Below, piece by piece: positions 40,909 through 52,186 of a DNA stretch of 64,000 nucleotides. The notes beneath the pieces were generated by a model that searched no databases, had not been told where the DNA came from, and saw only the letters and a program-made list of their open reading frames with translations. The position numbers were made by a program, and so were the translations under genes. Each line of letters starts with the position of its first letter. The first letter of the stretch is position 1. Source of the stretch: an uncultured delta proteobacterium (GTDB lineage Bacteria > Myxococcota > Myxococcia > Myxococcales > Anaeromyxobacteraceae); assembly GCA_963814585.1 (NCBI GenBank), contig CAWFDF010000004.1:384001-448000 (forward strand), written 5' to 3'.

Positions 40909-43508
40909 GCGAGGCCACGCGCGATCGGGTGGCCGGCGGCACCATCGTCCTGCGGGACCAGCGGGTGGTCTACGCCACGATGGGCGCCCAGGCGCTGCTC
41001 GGCCGGTCGGGGCGCGACCTGCTGGGGCGCGAGCTGTCGGAGCTGCTGGCCCCCGAGGACCGGGAGCGGGTCATCGACCGGCACCTGCGGCGGCTGCGCG
41101 GCGAGCCGGTGCCGACCGAGTACGAGATGCAGCTCCTCCGGCCCGACGGCTCGCGCTGCACCACCGAGGCGCGGGTGTCGCTGGAGGGGACCGAGGTGGT
41201 GGTCCAGCTGCAGGATCTCTCCGACCAGGCCGATCGGCGGCGCCGGCTGGAGGGGCTGGCGGCGCTGGGCGTGGCCGTCCAGCGCGAGCGGACCGAGTCG
41301 GCCATCCAGGAGCTGGTGAGGACCGGGCTGGCGGGCCTGGACCTGGCCCCGGCCCTGCTGCGCCCCTCGGACGACGGGGTCCGGGTGGTCTGGGCGCGCT
41401 TCCCCGCCGCCATCGGCGAGGCGGTCACGGCGCTCCTGAACCGGCCCATCGAGGGGCTGGTCGGCCCGTGGAGTCCCTTCAGCCGCGAGGTCTGGTCGGC
41501 GGGCTCCGCCTACTCCGACGACTGGGTGACCCACGCCGCGCTCTTCGCCCGACAGGAGAAGGCCGGCCGGATCGCGGCGGCGGCGGCGGCCCTGGGCCTG
41601 GTGCGCGGCCTGGCGGTCCGGCTCGACCAGCGGCTCGGCTCGGCCGGCTACCTGCTCGCGGTCGGGGAGTGGATCCGCAGCGACGACCTGCCCGCCTTCC
41701 GGCTCTTCGGCGCGCAGGTGGCGGCCGCGCTCGACTCGGCCCGCGACATCGCCGAGCTCTCGGCGCGCAACGTCGACCTGGCGGCGCTGGCCGAGCTGGG
41801 GAGGCTCTCCGGCTCGCTCTCCTCCATCGACGAGTTCCTCCCGCGCGCCCTCGAGGTGGTCCTGGCCACGTCCGGCTGCCAGGCCGCAGGCGTCTACACC
41901 GCCTCGCCGGCCCGCCAGCAGCTGGAGCTGACCCACGTGGCCGGCCTGACGCAGCGTCCGCCATGGGTCGTCCGCACCGGCTCCCTCGGCTCGCCGCTGG
42001 GCGCCGTGGTGAGGAGCCGGCGCCTGGTGGTGGCCCACCTCGAGGAGCTCGACGGCGAGGCGCGCCACTGGCTGGAGGGGGTTGGCCTGACCACCTTCGC
42101 CTACGTGCCGCTGGTGGCCCGCACCCAGACCCTGGGCGTGATGGTGGCGGCCTGGCGGGACCGGCTCGACGCGGAGGCCTGCCGACCCGAGCTGCTGCTG
42201 GCCATGGGGTCCCACCTGGCCGCCGCCATGGAGTCGAACCACCTGCTCGGCGACCTGCGGCGCCGCGTCGGCGAGCTGACGCTCCTCAACGACGTGGCGG
42301 CGGCCACCGCCAGCCTGGACCCGGCGCTGCTGCTGGAGAACGCGCTGCGGCGGATCTGCGAGACCCTCGAGGCCGACGGCGGGATGGCCCACCTCGTCAC
42401 CGACGGCGTGCTGGAACAGCAGGCCGCCATCGGCCTCCGGGCCGAGACCGCGGCGCTGATCCGCCGGCTGGGGCTCGAGGAGGGGCCGGGCGGGCAGGCG
42501 ATGGCCCGGCGCCAGCCGGTCATCGACCCGCCGCCGGAGCTGGAAGGTTCGCGCTGCAGCGAGGCCCGGCTGCGGGAGCAGCTCCGGACCGTGCTGGCGG
42601 TGCCGCTGCTGGCCAAGGAGCGGGCGGTGGGCTCCCTCTGCCTCTTCCGGCGCACCGCGCGCCCCTTCGCCAGCGGCGAGGTGACCCTGCTCTCGGCCAT
42701 CGGCGTCCAGCTGGGGGTGGCGGTGGACGCGGCCCGGCAGCACGCCCAGGTCATCTCCGCCAACGCCGACCTGCGCCGCGAGGAGGGGAGGAGCATCCGC
42801 AGGTCGCGGCTGGAGGCGCTCGGCGAGCTCTCCGCGGTGATCGCCCACGAGGTCCGCAACCCGCTCGGCGTCATCTTCAACTCGCTCGGCTCGCTGCGCC
42901 GGCTCACCGGCAGCGCCGGGGACGCCCGGATGCTGGTGGACATCGTCGGCGAGGAGGCCGATCGGCTCAACCGCATCGTCGGCGACCTGCTCGACTTCGC
43001 CCGCCACTCGCCGCCCCAGCTCGCGCCCGACCGCCTGGAGCAGGTGGTCGAGGAGGCGGTCAGCGTGGCCCTGGCCCAGCCGCCGGCCGGGCTGGAGGTG
43101 GTGCGCAGCCTCGACGCCCCGCTGCCCGAGGTCCCGCTCGACGCCGGGCAGGTGCGCCAGGCCGTGCTCAACCTGGTGGTCAACGCGGTGCAGGCCATGC
43201 CGCGTGGCGGGCGGCTCACGGTGCGGACCTTCGTCGAGGACGCCGCCGCCGTGGTGGAGGTGGAGGACACCGGCCCGGGCATCCCCGAGCTGGTCCGCGC
43301 CCGCGTCTTCGAGCCCTTCTTCACCACCAAGGCCACCGGCACCGGCCTCGGCCTGCCGGTGGTGAAGCGGATCGTCGAGGGACACGGCGGCGAGCTTCGG
43401 CTCCGCACCGGCCCCACCGGAACCTGCTTCTCCCTGCACTTCCCCCTGGCGCCCGGACCGGCGCCCGGACCGGCCGCAGGTCCCGACCCTGGAGCGTCCG
43501 ACCGATGA
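40905..43508 (+). CDS. Cytoplasmic PAS/multi-GAF sensor histidine kinase
   Basis: PAS and GAF-like domains; AHEVRNPL, NAVQAM, DTGPG and FFTTK..GTGLGL motifs. Confidence 0.92.
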
Positions 43509-44905
43509 CCGATGCCCGCCTGCCCACTCCCCCGCCCGGTGCCGCCCGGGCCGGCCGGCTGCTGGTGGTCGACGACCAGCGGAACATGCGGGCCACCACC
43601 GCCATGGTGCTCCGGCAGGCCGGCTACCTGGTGGACGAGGCCGAGGACGGCGCCGCCGCGCTGCGGCTGCTGGCGGGTGACGGCTACGACGTGGTGCTCA
43701 CCGACCTGCGCATGCCGGACGTCGACGGGATGGAGGTGCTGCGAGCCGCCCGGCAGGTGGCGCCGGAGACCGAGGTCATCGTCATGACCGCCTACGGCAC
43801 CATCGAGTCGGCGGTGGAGGCCATCCGCCGCGGCGCCTACGACTTCCTGGCCAAGCCGTTCAAGGAGGACGAGCTGCTGCTGCGAACCGCCAAGGCCGTG
43901 GAGAAGCGGCGCCTGGTCGGGCAGGTGAGCGTGCTCACCGGGGAGTTCCGCCGCCGCTTCGGGCTCGACCACATCATCGGCCGCTCGGCGGGCCTGCGCG
44001 AGGTCCTCGACCGGATCGCGCGCGTCGCCCCCTCCGACGCCACCGTCCTCATCACCGGCGAGTCGGGGACGGGCAAGGAGGTGGTGGCGCGAGCCCTCCA
44101 CGTCGCCAGCCGGCGCGGCGACCGGCCCTTCGTCCCGGTCAACTGCGCCGCCATCACCGAGACCCTGCTGGAGTCGGAGCTCTTCGGCCACGCCCGCGGC
44201 GCCTTCACCGGGGCCACCCGGGCCCGGCGCGGCCTCTTCGAGGAGGCCAGCGGCGGCACGCTCTTCATCGACGAGATCGGCGACACCGCGCCGGGCTTCC
44301 AGGCCAAGCTGCTGCGCGCCCTCCAGGACGGCGAGATCCGGCGGGTGGGCGAGTCGTCCCCGGTGCAGGTGGACGTCCGCGTCATCGCCGCCACCAACCA
44401 GGACCTGCGCCGGGCCATCGCCGAGCAGCGCTTCCGCGAGGACCTCTTCTACCGGCTCAACGTGGTGCCGATCCGCATCCCGCCGCTGCGGGAGCGGCTC
44501 GAGGACGTGCCGCTGCTGGCCGTCCACTTCCTCGGCCAGTACAACCAGCGCGCCGGGACGAAGAAGGTCTTCACCCCGGCGGCGCTGGCCGAGCTGACCG
44601 AGTACGGCTGGCCCGGCAACGTGCGCGAGCTGGAGAACATGGTCGAGCAGGCGGCGGCGCTCTCGCCCGGCGCGGAGATCGGCCCCGAGGAGATCCAGTT
44701 CGACCCGGCCACCCCGGTGCGGAGCGGGGCGGAGCCGGGCCAGGCCCGGACGCTGGCGGCCGCCGTCGAGGAGGCGGAGCGGGGGACCATCCAGGACGCC
44801 CTGCAGCGGTGCGAGGGCGACCTCGGGCGGGTGGCACCGGAGCTGGGGATCTCCGCGACCACGCTCTGGCGGAAGATGAAGCGGCTCGGCCTGACGGCGC
44901 GCTGA
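43505..44905 (+). CDS. Sigma-54-dependent response regulator (NtrC family)
   Basis: REC domain, GESGTGKE, GAFTGA, WPGNVREL and a Fis-type HTH. Confidence 0.96.
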   Translation: MTDARLPTPPPGAARAGRLLVVDDQRNMRATTAMVLRQAGYLVDEAEDGAAALRLLAGDGYDVVLTDLRMPDVDGMEVLRAARQVAPETEVIVMTAYGTIESAVEAIRRGAYDFLAKPFKEDELLLRTAKAVEKRRLVGQVSVLTGEFRRRFGLDHIIGRSAGLREVLDRIARVAPSDATVLITGESGTGKEVVARALHVASRRGDRPFVPVNCAAITETLLESELFGHARGAFTGATRARRGLFEEASGGTLFIDEIGDTAPGFQAKLLRALQDGEIRRVGESSPVQVDVRVIAATNQDLRRAIAEQRFREDLFYRLNVVPIRIPPLRERLEDVPLLAVHFLGQYNQRAGTKKVFTPAALAELTEYGWPGNVRELENMVEQAAALSPGAEIGPEEIQFDPATPVRSGAEPGQARTLAAAVEEAERGTIQDALQRCEGDLGRVAPELGISATTLWRKMKRLGLTAR

Positions 44906-44912
44906 ACTCCCC

Positions 44913-44933
44913 TTTCACCTTGCGATCCTGAAA
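44913..44933. promoter_or_regulatory. Putative enhancer-binding-protein site (UAS)
   Basis: AT-rich inverted repeat TTTCA-N11-TGAAA, about 130 bp upstream of a sigma-54 motif. Confidence 0.5.
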
Positions 44934-45061
44934 TGCAGGGCTGCAAGGCGGGCCCGGCCCGGCTCCGGCCGGCCGGGGTGGGGTCGCGACGCGGTGGTCG
45001 CAACTCCCCGGAATCCCGGGTGCTCCGGCCATCCGGCGCGCGGCGGGCGCGGGGAGGCCCG

Positions 45062-45079
45062 CTGGCATCCCCGATGCTT
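45062..45079 (+). promoter_or_regulatory. Sigma-54 -24/-12 promoter
   Basis: CTGGCATCCCCGATGCTT (GG-N10-GC). Confidence 0.65.
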
Positions 45080-45164
45080 CCCTCCGGCGTGAAGCGCAGG
45101 GCAGCTTGCTCGAGTACGGTCCCCCCCCGCCACTCAGGCTCCGCCCTGCGCTTCACCTGTTTCC

Positions 45165-45551
45165 ATGGCCTCGGTCCTCCTCATCGACGGAGACCGGAAC
45201 TTCCGGGAAGCGCTGGCGATCGCCCTGCGCCTCGACGGCTGCGCCGTGACCTCCGCTGGCTGCGGGGCCGAGGCGCTCCGGCTCCTCGAGCGCGGCGGCT
45301 ACGACCTCTGCCTGGTCGACCTGAACGTGAGCGAGGTGGAGGGGGTGCTGGGCGCGGCCGCCGCCAACCCGACGCCGATCCTGGTGACCGGACCCTACTC
45401 CGACCTGCTGGAGGCCGCCGCGCGCCGCTACCCGCCGGTGCGGGCGCTGCCGAAGCCGTTCGCCGCCGCCGAGCTGCTGGCGCACCTGGCGCCGGCGCCG
45501 ACCCGGGACGCTACATCACCATCGCGCCGGCGACCTGCGCCAGGCGGATGA
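45165..45551 (+). CDS. Single-domain response regulator
   Basis: VLLIDGD, LVDLN, VTG and KPF receiver motifs. Confidence 0.75.
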   Translation: MASVLLIDGDRNFREALAIALRLDGCAVTSAGCGAEALRLLERGGYDLCLVDLNVSEVEGVLGAAAANPTPILVTGPYSDLLEAAARRYPPVRALPKPFAAAELLAHLAPAPTRDATSPSRRRPAPGG

Positions 45552-46986
45552 TGGGATTGGCCACCAGGCCGAACAGGACCACCACCAGCGCGGCCAGGCC
45601 GAGCGCGAAGACCATGACCGGCGCGGCCACCGGCTCCTCGCTCCCCTCGGCCGGCTTCATGTACATGTGGACCACCACCCGCAGGTAGTAGAAGGCGCCG
45701 AGGACGCTGGTGAGCACCCCGACGATGGCGAGCGGGTAGAGCTGGGCGCCCACCGCGGCCTTGAAGAGGTAGAGCTTGCCGATGAACCCGGCCGTGGGCG
45801 GCACGCCGGCCAGGCTGAGCAGGAAGACGGTCATGACGAACGCCAGCGCCGGCCGCCGCCGGGACAGGCCGGAGAAGCGGGAGAGGTCCCAGGCCCGGGA
45901 CGGCTCCACGTCGCCGCGGGTGCGCTCCTCGGCCGACCCGACCACGGCGAAGGCGCCGATGGCGGTGGCGGTGTAGGTGGCCAGGTAGAAGAGCACGCCG
46001 GCCAGCGCCATGGACCGCACCCCTTCGACCCGGGCCGCGACCACGCCGACCAGCAGGTAGCCGGCGTGCCCGATCGACGAGTAGGCCAGCATCCGCTTCA
46101 CGCTCCGCTGCGGGAGCGCCAGCAGGTTGCCGAGGACCATGGTGAGGACCGCCAGCACCACCAGGACGCTCTCGAAGGAGAGGGCGCCGGCGCCGGCGCC
46201 CCCCTGCGTGGAGAGGAAGAGGCGAGCCAGCAGCGCGAAGGCGGCGGTCTTCACGCCGGCGGCCATGAAGGCGGTCACCGGGGTGGGGGCCCCCTCGTAG
46301 ACGTCGGGGACCCAGCCGTGGAACGGCACCGCGCCCACCTTGAAGGCCAGCCCGGACGCGATGAGGCCGAGCCCGGCCAGCAGCAGCATCGAGCCGGCGC
46401 CGCGGGACCCGTGCAGGGCGGAGAAGAGCGTGGTGCCGGTGGCGCCGAAGACCAGCGAGCTGCCGTAGAGCAGCAGCGCCGAGGAGACCGCCCCGAGGAT
46501 CATGTACTTGAAGGCGGCCTCGGAAGGGCGGCGGCCGCGGCGCACGTAGGCCGCCAGCGAGTAGGTGGCGAGGCTCATGATCTCGATGGCCACGAAGGCC
46601 ACCAGGAGGTCCGAGGCCATGCCCACCAGCGCCATGCCGGAGGCGGCGAAGAGCGTCAGCGCGTAGTACTCGCCGCGCTCGGCGTTCCGGTCGTGCAGCC
46701 AGCCGGCGCTCACCATCGCCGAGAGCGCCACGCCCCCGCTGATGACGACGGTGACGAAGGCCGAGAAGGCGTCGACGGTGGCCTGGCCGCCGAAGATCGC
46801 GCCGGCGGGCGTGGCGACGATGGCGGCCACCGCGGCCAGCAGCGCCACCACCACCGTGAGCCAGGCCTGGTAGCCGCGGCGGGCCGAGGTCAGGAAGACC
46901 TCGCTGAGCAGCAGCACCAGTCCGCCCGAGGCCAGGACGGCGACGGGCACCAGGGCGACGAAGTCGCGTGTCGGGAAGCCGGTCAT
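45511..46986 (-). CDS. nuoN: NADH-quinone oxidoreductase subunit N
   Basis: [37 protein letters not shown] and [11 protein letters not shown] motifs. Confidence 0.95.
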   Translation of the reverse strand: MTGFPTRDFVALVPVAVLASGGLVLLLSEVFLTSARRGYQAWLTVVVALLAAVAAIVATPAGAIFGGQATVDAFSAFVTVVISGGVALSAMVSAGWLHDRNAERGEYYALTLFAASGMALVGMASDLLVAFVAIEIMSLATYSLAAYVRRGRRPSEAAFKYMILGAVSSALLLYGSSLVFGATGTTLFSALHGSRGAGSMLLLAGLGLIASGLAFKVGAVPFHGWVPDVYEGAPTPVTAFMAAGVKTAAFALLARLFLSTQGGAGAGALSFESVLVVLAVLTMVLGNLLALPQRSVKRMLAYSSIGHAGYLLVGVVAARVEGVRSMALAGVLFYLATYTATAIGAFAVVGSAEERTRGDVEPSRAWDLSRFSGLSRRRPALAFVMTVFLLSLAGVPPTAGFIGKLYLFKAAVGAQLYPLAIVGVLTSVLGAFYYLRVVVHMYMKPAEGSEEPVAAPVMVFALGLAALVVVLFGLVANPIIRLAQVAGAMVM

Positions 46987-46987
46987 G

Positions 46988-48559
46988 TCAGAACGCCCCT
47001 CTGGGCGACGGGGGAGGGCGGGCGGCCACGGCCGTGGAGATCGTGCCGACCTGCGACGGGAGACCCAGCCGGGCCTCGGCCTGCTGGAAGCGCTGCACCA
47101 GCCGGTCGACGGCCGGCTTGGCCGGCGCCAGGAACGGTCCAGGCATGAGCCCCATCACCACGATGAAGACGATCACCGGCGCCATGACGAACCACTCGCG
47201 CACCGAGAAGTCGGGGAGGTGCCGGTTCTCCTCCTTGCGGATGGGGCCGTAGAAGACCTTCTCCACCAGGATCAGCATGTAGACGGCGCCGAGGATGACG
47301 CCGGTCGCGGCCACCACCGCCAGGACCTGCCCGTAGGGCAGCCGGGAGAGGAAGGTGCCGGAGAGGATGAGGAACTCGCCGACGAAGCCGTTGGTGCCGG
47401 GCAGGCCGATCGACGAGAGCGTCACCACCACGAAGGCGGCGGCCAGCCACGGCACCTGCTTGGCGATGCCGCCGTACTCGGCCAGCAGCCGGGTGTGGCG
47501 CCGCTCGTAGAGCATGCCCACCAGCAGGAAGAGGCCGCCGGTGGAGACGCCGTGGTTCAGCATCTGGTAGACGCCGCCGGTCAGCCCCTCGGCGCTGAGG
47601 GCCATGAGCCCGAGCATCACGAAGCCGAGGTGCGACACCGACGAGTAGGCCACCAGCCGCTTCATGTCGGTCTGCACGAAGCACATCAGCGCGCCGTAGA
47701 CGATGCCGATGGTGGCCAGCGTGGCCACGTGCGGGCGGAAGTACAGCGCCGCCTCGGGGAAGAGCGGCATGGCGTAGCGGATGAAGCCGAAGGTCCCCAT
47801 CTTCAGGAGCACGCCGGCCAGGATCACCGAGCCGGCGGTGGGCGCCTCGGTGTGGGCGTCGGGCAGCCAGGTGTGGAGCGGGAACATCGGCACCTTGACC
47901 GCGAAGGCCAGCGCGAAGGCCAGGAAGAGCCAGCGCCCCTGCCCGGTCGTCACCTGCAGGGCGGCGCGCGCCTGCACGTAGTCGAAGCTGCCGCCGTCGT
48001 GGAAGGAGACGAAGAGGATGGCCAGCAGCATGAGCACGCTGGCGGCGAAGGTGTAGACGAAGAACTTCACGGTCGCGTAGAGCCGGTTCTGCGAGCCCCA
48101 GATCCCGATCAGCAGGTACATCGGGATCAGCATCAGCTCCCAGAAGACGTAGAAGAGGATCAGATCCAGCGCCGCGAAGGTGCCGATCATGGCGGTCTCG
48201 AGCACCAGCACCGCGATCATGAACTCCTTGACCCGGTCCTGGACCGCCTGCCAGGTGGAGAGGATCACCACCGGCATCAGCAGGGTGGTGAGCATCACCA
48301 GCAGCAGCGCCACGCCGTCGAGGCCGACGTGGTAACCGATGCCCAGCGACGGCATCCAGGCCCGCGTCTCCTCGAACTGGAACTCGGCGGCGCCGGCGGA
48401 GGCGTCGAAGCCGATCCAGAGGAAGAGCGAGAGGCCGAGGGTGACCAGGGAGACCACCAGCGCCAGGGCGCGGTGCTGGCCGGCCTCGCCGCGCGGCAGG
48501 AGCGCCGCGGCCAGGGCGCCGACCAGCGGGACGAAGGTGACGACGGTGAGCAGGTTCAC
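46988..48559 (-). CDS. nuoM: NADH-quinone oxidoreductase subunit M
   Basis: [29 protein letters not shown] and [11 protein letters not shown] motifs. Confidence 0.95.
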   Translation of the reverse strand: MNLLTVVTFVPLVGALAAALLPRGEAGQHRALALVVSLVTLGLSLFLWIGFDASAGAAEFQFEETRAWMPSLGIGYHVGLDGVALLLVMLTTLLMPVVILSTWQAVQDRVKEFMIAVLVLETAMIGTFAALDLILFYVFWELMLIPMYLLIGIWGSQNRLYATVKFFVYTFAASVLMLLAILFVSFHDGGSFDYVQARAALQVTTGQGRWLFLAFALAFAVKVPMFPLHTWLPDAHTEAPTAGSVILAGVLLKMGTFGFIRYAMPLFPEAALYFRPHVATLATIGIVYGALMCFVQTDMKRLVAYSSVSHLGFVMLGLMALSAEGLTGGVYQMLNHGVSTGGLFLLVGMLYERRHTRLLAEYGGIAKQVPWLAAAFVVVTLSSIGLPGTNGFVGEFLILSGTFLSRLPYGQVLAVVAATGVILGAVYMLILVEKVFYGPIRKEENRHLPDFSVREWFVMAPVIVFIVVMGLMPGPFLAPAKPAVDRLVQRFQQAEARLGLPSQVGTISTAVAARPPPSPRGAF

Positions 48560-48561
48560 GG

Positions 48562-50589
48562 CTAGAGGCCTCCCACGCCGAGGACGGACGCGAGGATGGC
48601 GGCCGCGGCCAGCGCCATGTAGGCGGCGTAGCGCTGCACATCCCCGTTCTGGGCCAGCCGCACCGCCGACCCCAGGAAGCCGACCAGGCGCGCCACCCCG
48701 TTCACCATCAACCCGTCGATGAGGACGACGTCGACCACGCGCCAGAGGCCGCGGGCCAGGGACTTGAGCGGCCCGATGATGGTCGCCTCGTAGAGCTCGT
48801 CGACCCGGAACTTGTCGGCCATGAGCCGGTAGGTGCGGGGCCAGGCCGCGGCCCAGCGGGCCGGCGTGCCGCCCAGGCCGCCCTTGTAGAGTGCCCAGCC
48901 GATGAGCGTGCCGACCGCCGCGATGACCCAGGCGGCGAAGTAGGGCCAGGCCGGGTGGGCGCCGGCATGGAAGTGGCCGACCTCGCGGAGCCGGTCGGTG
49001 CCGGGGACGAAGACCGGCTCGATGAAGTGGGCGAAGAGCTCCGAGACCGGCGAGTGGCCGGGGAGCCCGAGGACGAGCGCGACCGCCGCCAGCACCGCCA
49101 GCACCATGAGCGGGACGGTCATGGCGTAGGACGACTCGTGGGCGTGCTCGGCGGCGTGGGTGCGCGGCGTGCCCAGGAAGGTGAGCCAGTAGAGCCGCGT
49201 CATGTAGAAGGCGGTGCCGAGCGCGGCCACCGCGCCGATGGCGTAGGCGATGGGCCCGACCTGGTGCCAGGCGGGGTTCGAGCTGAAGAGCGCGTTGCCG
49301 AGGATGGCGTCCTTCGACCAGAAGCCGGAGAGCGGGACGATGCCGGTGGCGGCGATGGTGGCGACCAGGAAGGTCCAGTGCGTGTGCGGCATCTTCCTGG
49401 CCAGCCCGCCCATCTTGCGGATGTCGGTCTCGTCCCCCATGCCGTGCATCACCGAGCCGGCGCCGAGGAAGAGGCAGCCCTTGAAGAAGGCGTGGGTGAC
49501 GAGGTGGAGGATGCCGGCCCACCAGGCGCCGCAGCCGACCCCGATGAACATGAAGCCGAGCTGGCTCACCGTGGAGTAGGCCAGCACCTTCTTGATGTCG
49601 GTCTGGACGAAGGCGATGACCGCGGCGAAGAGCGCGGTGGCCGCCCCGACGATGGTCACGGTGGCCATGGCCGCCGGCGCCAGCGTGTAGAGCATGGAGT
49701 TGCGGGCCACCAGGTAGACCCCGGCGGTGACCATGGTGGCGGCGTGGATGAGGGCCGAGACCGGGGTCGGGCCGGCCATGGCGTCGGGCAGCCAGATGTA
49801 GAGCGGCAGCTGCGCCGACTTGCCGGCGGCGCCGACGAAGAGGCAGATGGTGGCGAAGGTGACGGCCGACTGGTAGGTCCAGCCGGCGAAGACCCCCGCG
49901 CCGATGGGCGCGTCGGGCGTGACCACCCGGGCCAGGTCGGCCAGCTCGGCGTAGCTGGAGGTGCCGAAGATGGCCAGCAGCGAGAAGACCCCGAGGAGGA
50001 AGCCGAAGTCGCCCACCCGGTTGGTGATGAAGGCCTTGCGGCCGGCGAAGGCCTTCTGCTCGTCGGTGTACCAGAAGCCGATCAGCAGGTAGGAGCAGAG
50101 GCCGACGCCCTCCCACCCGACGAAGGTGAGGACCAGCGAGTCGCCGAGCACCAGGGTGAGCATGGCCGCGACGAAGAGGTTCAGGTAGGTGAAGAAGCGG
50201 GCGTAGCCGGCGTCGTCCTCGTGGGACATGTAGGACGCCGAGTAGACGTGGATGAGCGTGCCCACCCCGGTGACGACCAGCAGCAGCGTGCCGGAGAGCC
50301 GGTCGACCAGCAGCCCCCAGGCCACCGAGATGACGGCCCGTCCGTCGGCGCCGGTGACGGCGATCCAGGGATCGCCCTGGAACCGCAGGTTGCGGGTGGT
50401 CAGCACCCAGGCGAAGGCGATGGCCGCGACGACCAGGGAGCCCGCCATGGCGCCGAGGGCGACCAGGGTGGCGTTCCCCTTGCCGATCCGGCGGCCGAAC
50501 AGCCCGTTGATCACGGCGCCGGCCAGGGGGAACAGGATGATGGCCCAGAGGCTCGCCTCGGCCGCGGCGGGAGTCGGCAGGAAGGGCAT
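48562..50589 (-). CDS. nuoL: NADH-quinone oxidoreductase subunit L
   Basis: GWEGVGLCSYLLIGFW, GKSAQLPL..WLPDAMAGPTPVSALIHAATMV and THAFFK motifs. Confidence 0.96.
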   Translation of the reverse strand: MPFLPTPAAAEASLWAIILFPLAGAVINGLFGRRIGKGNATLVALGAMAGSLVVAAIAFAWVLTTRNLRFQGDPWIAVTGADGRAVISVAWGLLVDRLSGTLLLVVTGVGTLIHVYSASYMSHEDDAGYARFFTYLNLFVAAMLTLVLGDSLVLTFVGWEGVGLCSYLLIGFWYTDEQKAFAGRKAFITNRVGDFGFLLGVFSLLAIFGTSSYAELADLARVVTPDAPIGAGVFAGWTYQSAVTFATICLFVGAAGKSAQLPLYIWLPDAMAGPTPVSALIHAATMVTAGVYLVARNSMLYTLAPAAMATVTIVGAATALFAAVIAFVQTDIKKVLAYSTVSQLGFMFIGVGCGAWWAGILHLVTHAFFKGCLFLGAGSVMHGMGDETDIRKMGGLARKMPHTHWTFLVATIAATGIVPLSGFWSKDAILGNALFSSNPAWHQVGPIAYAIGAVAALGTAFYMTRLYWLTFLGTPRTHAAEHAHESSYAMTVPLMVLAVLAAVALVLGLPGHSPVSELFAHFIEPVFVPGTDRLREVGHFHAGAHPAWPYFAAWVIAAVGTLIGWALYKGGLGGTPARWAAAWPRTYRLMADKFRVDELYEATIIGPLKSLARGLWRVVDVVLIDGLMVNGVARLVGFLGSAVRLAQNGDVQRYAAYMALAAAAILASVLGVGGL

Positions 50590-50719
50590 AGGAGTGGGGC
50601 GAAGGATTACCCGCTTGAGCAGGGCAAGGCAACGATCTTCTGGCCGCTTTTCCCACCCCCACGGGTCTGATGACAACCCGTGGAGTCCACGAACCGGTCT
50701 CCGTGCTATTCGATCGGCC

Positions 50720-52186
50720 ATGCGTCCCGTGGACCCCTCCGACGAGGCCCGCAAGCTCCCCCGGGCCGATCGGCTGCTCCAGGCCGCCGAGCGGGCCGGC
50801 CTGGTGGCGCGGCTCGGGCACGAGCCGGTCATGGAGGCGGTCCGTGGCGAGCTCAGCGGCCGCCGGGCGGCGGTGCTGGCCGGGGCCCCCTGCCCGCCCC
50901 CGGAGGAGATCGAGGCGGCGCTGCTGGCGCGCCTGGCCGCCGGAGCCCCCGGGGCGCTGCGCCGGGCCATCAACGCCACCGGGGTGATCATCCACACCAA
51001 CCTGGGCCGCGCCCCCCTCTCCGCCGCCACCGCCGCCGCCATGGCCGCCGCCGCCGAGGGCTACTCGACGCTCGAGTTCGACGTCGAGCGGGGGGAGCGA
51101 GGCGACCGCTACCACCACGCCGCGGGCGCGCTCTGCCGGCTCACCGGCGCCGAGGACGCGGTGGCGGTCAACAACGGCGCCGCGGCGGTGCTGATGGCGC
51201 TGGCCGCCCTCTCCTCCGCCCGGCCGTCGGGGGCGCCGGCCGCCGGGGGCGGGCCCGGGGGCGCTGGCCTGCCCGAGGTGCCAGCTCCCGGCTTGCCGGA
51301 GGTGATCGTGAGCCGTGGCCAGCTGGTCGAGATCGGCGGCGGCTTCCGGATCCCGGACGTGCTGCGCCGCTCCGGGGCGGCCCTGGTCGAGGTGGGGACC
51401 ACCAACCGGACCTACGCCGCCGACGTGGAGGAGGCCGTCACGCCGCGCACCCGCGCCCTGCTCTCGGTGCACCGCTCCAACTTCCGGCTCGACGGCTTCG
51501 TCGCCGAGCCCTCGCTGGCGGAGCTGGTGGCGCTGGCGCGCCGGCGCGACCTCTGGGTGGTGGACGATCTCGGCTCGGGCGCCCTGCTCCCCACCGCGCC
51601 GCACGGCCTGGCGCCGGAGCCGACCGTGCCCGAGCGGGTCCGGGCCGGCGCCGACCTGGTCTGCTTCTCCGGCGACAAGCTGCTGGGCGGGCCGCAGGCG
51701 GGCCTGATGGTGGGCCGGGCCGCGGCGGTGGCGCTGGTGAAGCGCCACCCCCTGCTGCGGGCGCTGCGGCTCGACAAGGTGGCGCTGGCCGGGCTCTCGG
51801 CCACGCTGGCCCACTACGAGCGCGGCGAGGCGCTGCGCGAGCTCCCGGTCTGGCGGGCCATCGCCCGGCCGCTCGGCGAGCTGGAGGCCACGGCCGGCCG
51901 CTGGCGGGCGGCGGTGGTCTCGCTGGCGCCGGGGGCCGTGGTGCGGCGCGGCGAGTCGGCGGTGGGGGGCGGGACCCTGCCGGGCGAGACCCTCCCGACC
52001 TGGCTGCTGGCGCTCCCGTCGCCCGACCCGGCGGCGCTGCTGGCCGCGCTGCGGCGGGCGCCGACGCCGGTGGTGGCGCGGATCGAGGAGGGCGCCGTGG
52101 TGCTCGATCCGCGCACCCTGCTGGACGGGGAGGAGCCGACGCTGCTGGCCGCGCTGCGCGCGGCGCTGGGCGCGACTACGGGTTGA
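50720..52186 (+). CDS. selA: L-seryl-tRNA(Sec) selenium transferase
   Basis: INATGVIIHTNLGRAPL, VEIGGGFRIPD, EVGTTNRT and SGDKLLGGPQAG motifs. Confidence 0.96.
   Translation: MRPVDPSDEARKLPRADRLLQAAERAGLVARLGHEPVMEAVRGELSGRRAAVLAGAPCPPPEEIEAALLARLAAGAPGALRRAINATGVIIHTNLGRAPLSAATAAAMAAAAEGYSTLEFDVERGERGDRYHHAAGALCRLTGAEDAVAVNNGAAAVLMALAALSSARPSGAPAAGGGPGGAGLPEVPAPGLPEVIVSRGQLVEIGGGFRIPDVLRRSGAALVEVGTTNRTYAADVEEAVTPRTRALLSVHRSNFRLDGFVAEPSLAELVALARRRDLWVVDDLGSGALLPTAPHGLAPEPTVPERVRAGADLVCFSGDKLLGGPQAGLMVGRAAAVALVKRHPLLRALRLDKVALAGLSATLAHYERGEALRELPVWRAIARPLGELEATAGRWRAAVVSLAPGAVVRRGESAVGGGTLPGETLPTWLLALPSPDPAALLAALRRAPTPVVARIEEGAVVLDPRTLLDGEEPTLLAALRAALGATTG

Noticed and set aside
50660..50700. 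Hammerhead ribozyme (CTGATGA core)
   Set aside because: The required GAAA is absent (GAAC) and the stems are inconsistent with the fold.
51215..51305. Gly/Pro insertion with duplicated GLPEV in SelA
   Set aside because: An in-frame low-complexity loop expansion with no intein or other motif.
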